Assembly: GCA_904063045.1 (NCBI GenBank)
Contig: CAJFCJ010000041.1
Span: 80,218 to 144,217 of the forward strand
DNA length: 64,000 nt
Source: Dimorphilus gyrociliatus
Lineage: Eukaryota > Animalia > Annelida
Reading direction: 5' to 3'
A program made the position numbers and the translations under genes. Positions 61,909 to 64,000 of this stretch are shown in pieces. The notes beneath the pieces are model-generated. The model did no database searches, was not told where the DNA came from, and worked only from the letters and a program-made list of their open reading frames with translations. Every line of letters begins with the position of its first letter. Position 1 is the first letter of the stretch.

Positions 61909-61979
61909 ACTTGGTTCTGTTTTATTGATAAAAACATGTTTAAAAACATTATAATTGTTATGCTGTTGTGCTTGAAGAG

Positions 61980-62761
61980 TTAGGAGTTTCCCTGGTCCAT
62001 AGTCTCCTCATCAGCACTCATTTTCTCTGTAATTCCTTTAAATAAGACAGTCATGATTGCCAATTCCTTTCTTAGTTCTGAGATTTCATCCTTAGAGTTC
62101 TTGTAAGGTTCTTTGTGTCTGGTTTTGTCTGCTGGTTTCTTGGATCTCTGTATGGTAGGGAGCTCTTTGAAATTTTCATGGAGCTCTCTATTGAAAGAGT
62201 CATCTAAGGGAGCTTTTAGATTTTTGGTAACCAAGTATACACTTTCTTTAAGTTGGGCCCAATTAATCTTTTTGCCATATTTTTGTATCGATCTGGTTTT
62301 AGCTACTTCAATAGCTTTCTTAACCTCTGATTGATTGTAATTTTGCTGATCATTTTTTATCTTGTCCCTCATTTTAGAGAGCCTCTCATTGAGCTCCTCC
62401 AGCACCACTCTATTTGTTTCTCTAGCACAAGTATTGGCTATTTCATGTAGTTGGTTGAGTCTTTCCCCAGTAATGGGACCTCCTGTGATTCTAATTGAGT
62501 CCATCATATCCATGGCCTTTTTGGTCCAAGGTTATATTCCTTAAGTCTCTCAATCTGGTGAATAGAACTGTAAGTTTTACTCATAGCTCTAGTCAGGGCT
62601 TTTTCCTTGTCACTTAGAGAACCTTTAAAACCATTTGCATCAGGTGCAGTCTGGCTCTTTGTGACTTGTACCCATCTGGGTTTGTCTGGAGCTCTGGAGT
62701 AGGGTGTCTTTCTTCCTGTTTTTTTTGTTCTTCTAGGAGCTTGGTTTTGTTTAGGGTCCAT
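61980..62761 (-). CDS. PLE ORF1, unit 3 (one G missing near 62530)
   Basis: Identical apart from the indel and synonymous changes. Confidence 0.7.
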
Positions 62762-62780
62762 TGCCAAAGTCTGTACTGGG

Positions 62781-64000
62781 TAGGTTAGGGTTTGGTAAGG
62801 GTTATGGGTTAGGCCACTCACACAACTCTGGTAATGTTTTTGGGAACTGGTTAGCTAGTGTTCCAGTGTAATACCTAACTTTTACTCAATGTTAGGTAGG
62901 GGTTCTCCTTGGTCAGGATTATAGATCTGGGCTCCCAGTCTTAGTCAGGTTTTGGGAACTGGTTAGTTGGTGTTCCAGGGTTCTACCAATTTTCCAATAG
63001 GTAGGAGTTCTCTATGTCTGAGCTCCTTGGTGCTTCAGTGCTCTGTCAAACTCTTAGTCTTATTCAATAACAATTAAATTTTTTCTTTTTCATCAACTTT
63101 TTATTTTAAACTTTAAAACATATTACAACAATATTTCGCCTCTACTTGAGGCTTCATCAGGTTGTAAGTTAAACTGAACACAAACATAAGTATTTATACC
63201 ATCACCACAAAAAAAAAAAAAATTTATATATAAAACATGAAAACAAGATGGCTGCCCTTGCACTAGCGCCACCTAACTACATTTTTCTTTGTTTCTTTGA
63301 AGGTACTACTTCAAATTCATCACCTGATCTTTTGATTAGGAGTCTTTGTTGTATTCCAATATTGCTATTCTCTTTTGGAGTGCTTTCATATTGATACTCA
63401 CCATCTTCCATATCATCATAGTTGTCATCATCTTCTTCCTCCTCAGTCTGTTCCTTGGTAGGGACCATTTCTTTGTCTGACTAAGTTGTAAGAACTGTTG
63501 AAGCTCACTTGAGCTCTTGGAGCTCTATTGAGTTCTTGAGCTCTACTGAGCTCTTAGAGCTCTTGGAGCTCTACTGAGTTCTTGGAGCTCTACTGAGCTC
63601 TTCAAGGTCTCCTGTGGTATTGGAGCTCAACTGAGCTACTGTAGCTCCTTGGAGCTCTTGGACCTTATTGTAGCTAACTGTAGCTTTTGGAGTTCCTTGT
63701 AGCTTGTAGAGCTTGTTGTAGCTGCTGAAATTCATTACAGTTCTTGGAGTTCACTTTGGCTTTTCTGGAGTAGAATTTTTTCTATGTGTTTTTCCATCAT
63801 CTCATCAACCTTCTTATTGATAAGCCAGTGTCTGGTAGTAGTTGGGATCCTAAAGGCAGTTATTGACTTATACATTTGGAAGTGAGAGCTGTTAGGGGCT
63901 AGCTGGTGGATTGTTCTCTTGACTTTCTCAGCTATTAGTTGGGCTCCATTTGTTGTGGTATGAGGAGTGGTACCATTTCCTTGGTGGTAAAACCTTCATG
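62781..64000 (-). mobile_element. Penelope-like element, tandem unit 4 (runs off window)
   Basis: 3' region and end of RT-EN ORF. Confidence 0.95.
63123..63167 (-). ncRNA. Hammerhead ribozyme, unit 4
   Basis: Identical motif. Confidence 0.85.

Larger units (their letters stand above)
58673..62780 (-). mobile_element. Penelope-like element, tandem unit 3
   Basis: 4108 bp; intact RT-EN ORF. Confidence 0.95.

Noticed and set aside
51613-62544. Repeated plus-strand ORFs of 60-76 aa within the PLE units
   Set aside because: Antisense shadows of RT and ORF1; recurrence reflects unit identity only

Overview
AT-rich eukaryotic (animal, probably lophotrochozoan/annelid-like) DNA with very short introns (about 50-80 bp). 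The window reads as a subtelomere. Bases 1-50 kb hold a few host genes: a GRL101/LGR-type receptor with SRCR-like, C-type lectin, LDLa, LRR and 7TM parts, a rhodopsin-family GPCR, two VHL/BC-box LRR proteins and a signal-peptide-bearing profilin-like gene. These lie among nested transposons: solo LTRs with 4- or 5-bp TSDs, two complete PHD-FLYWCH-MULE elements with 9-bp TSDs, MULE/Tc1/gag relics and a truncated Gypsy. At 50274 a TTAGGG/TTAGG tract begins. It is interrupted by a 67-bp abortive retroelement 3' end and then followed, to the window end, by a head-to-tail array of ~4.1-kb Penelope-like elements (RT + GIY-YIG, Neptune-like). These are oriented like telomeric HeT-A/Athena elements, and each unit carries an extra upstream ORF, a hammerhead ribozyme and a telomere-like priming motif. 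All annotation is by eye; no database searches were run.
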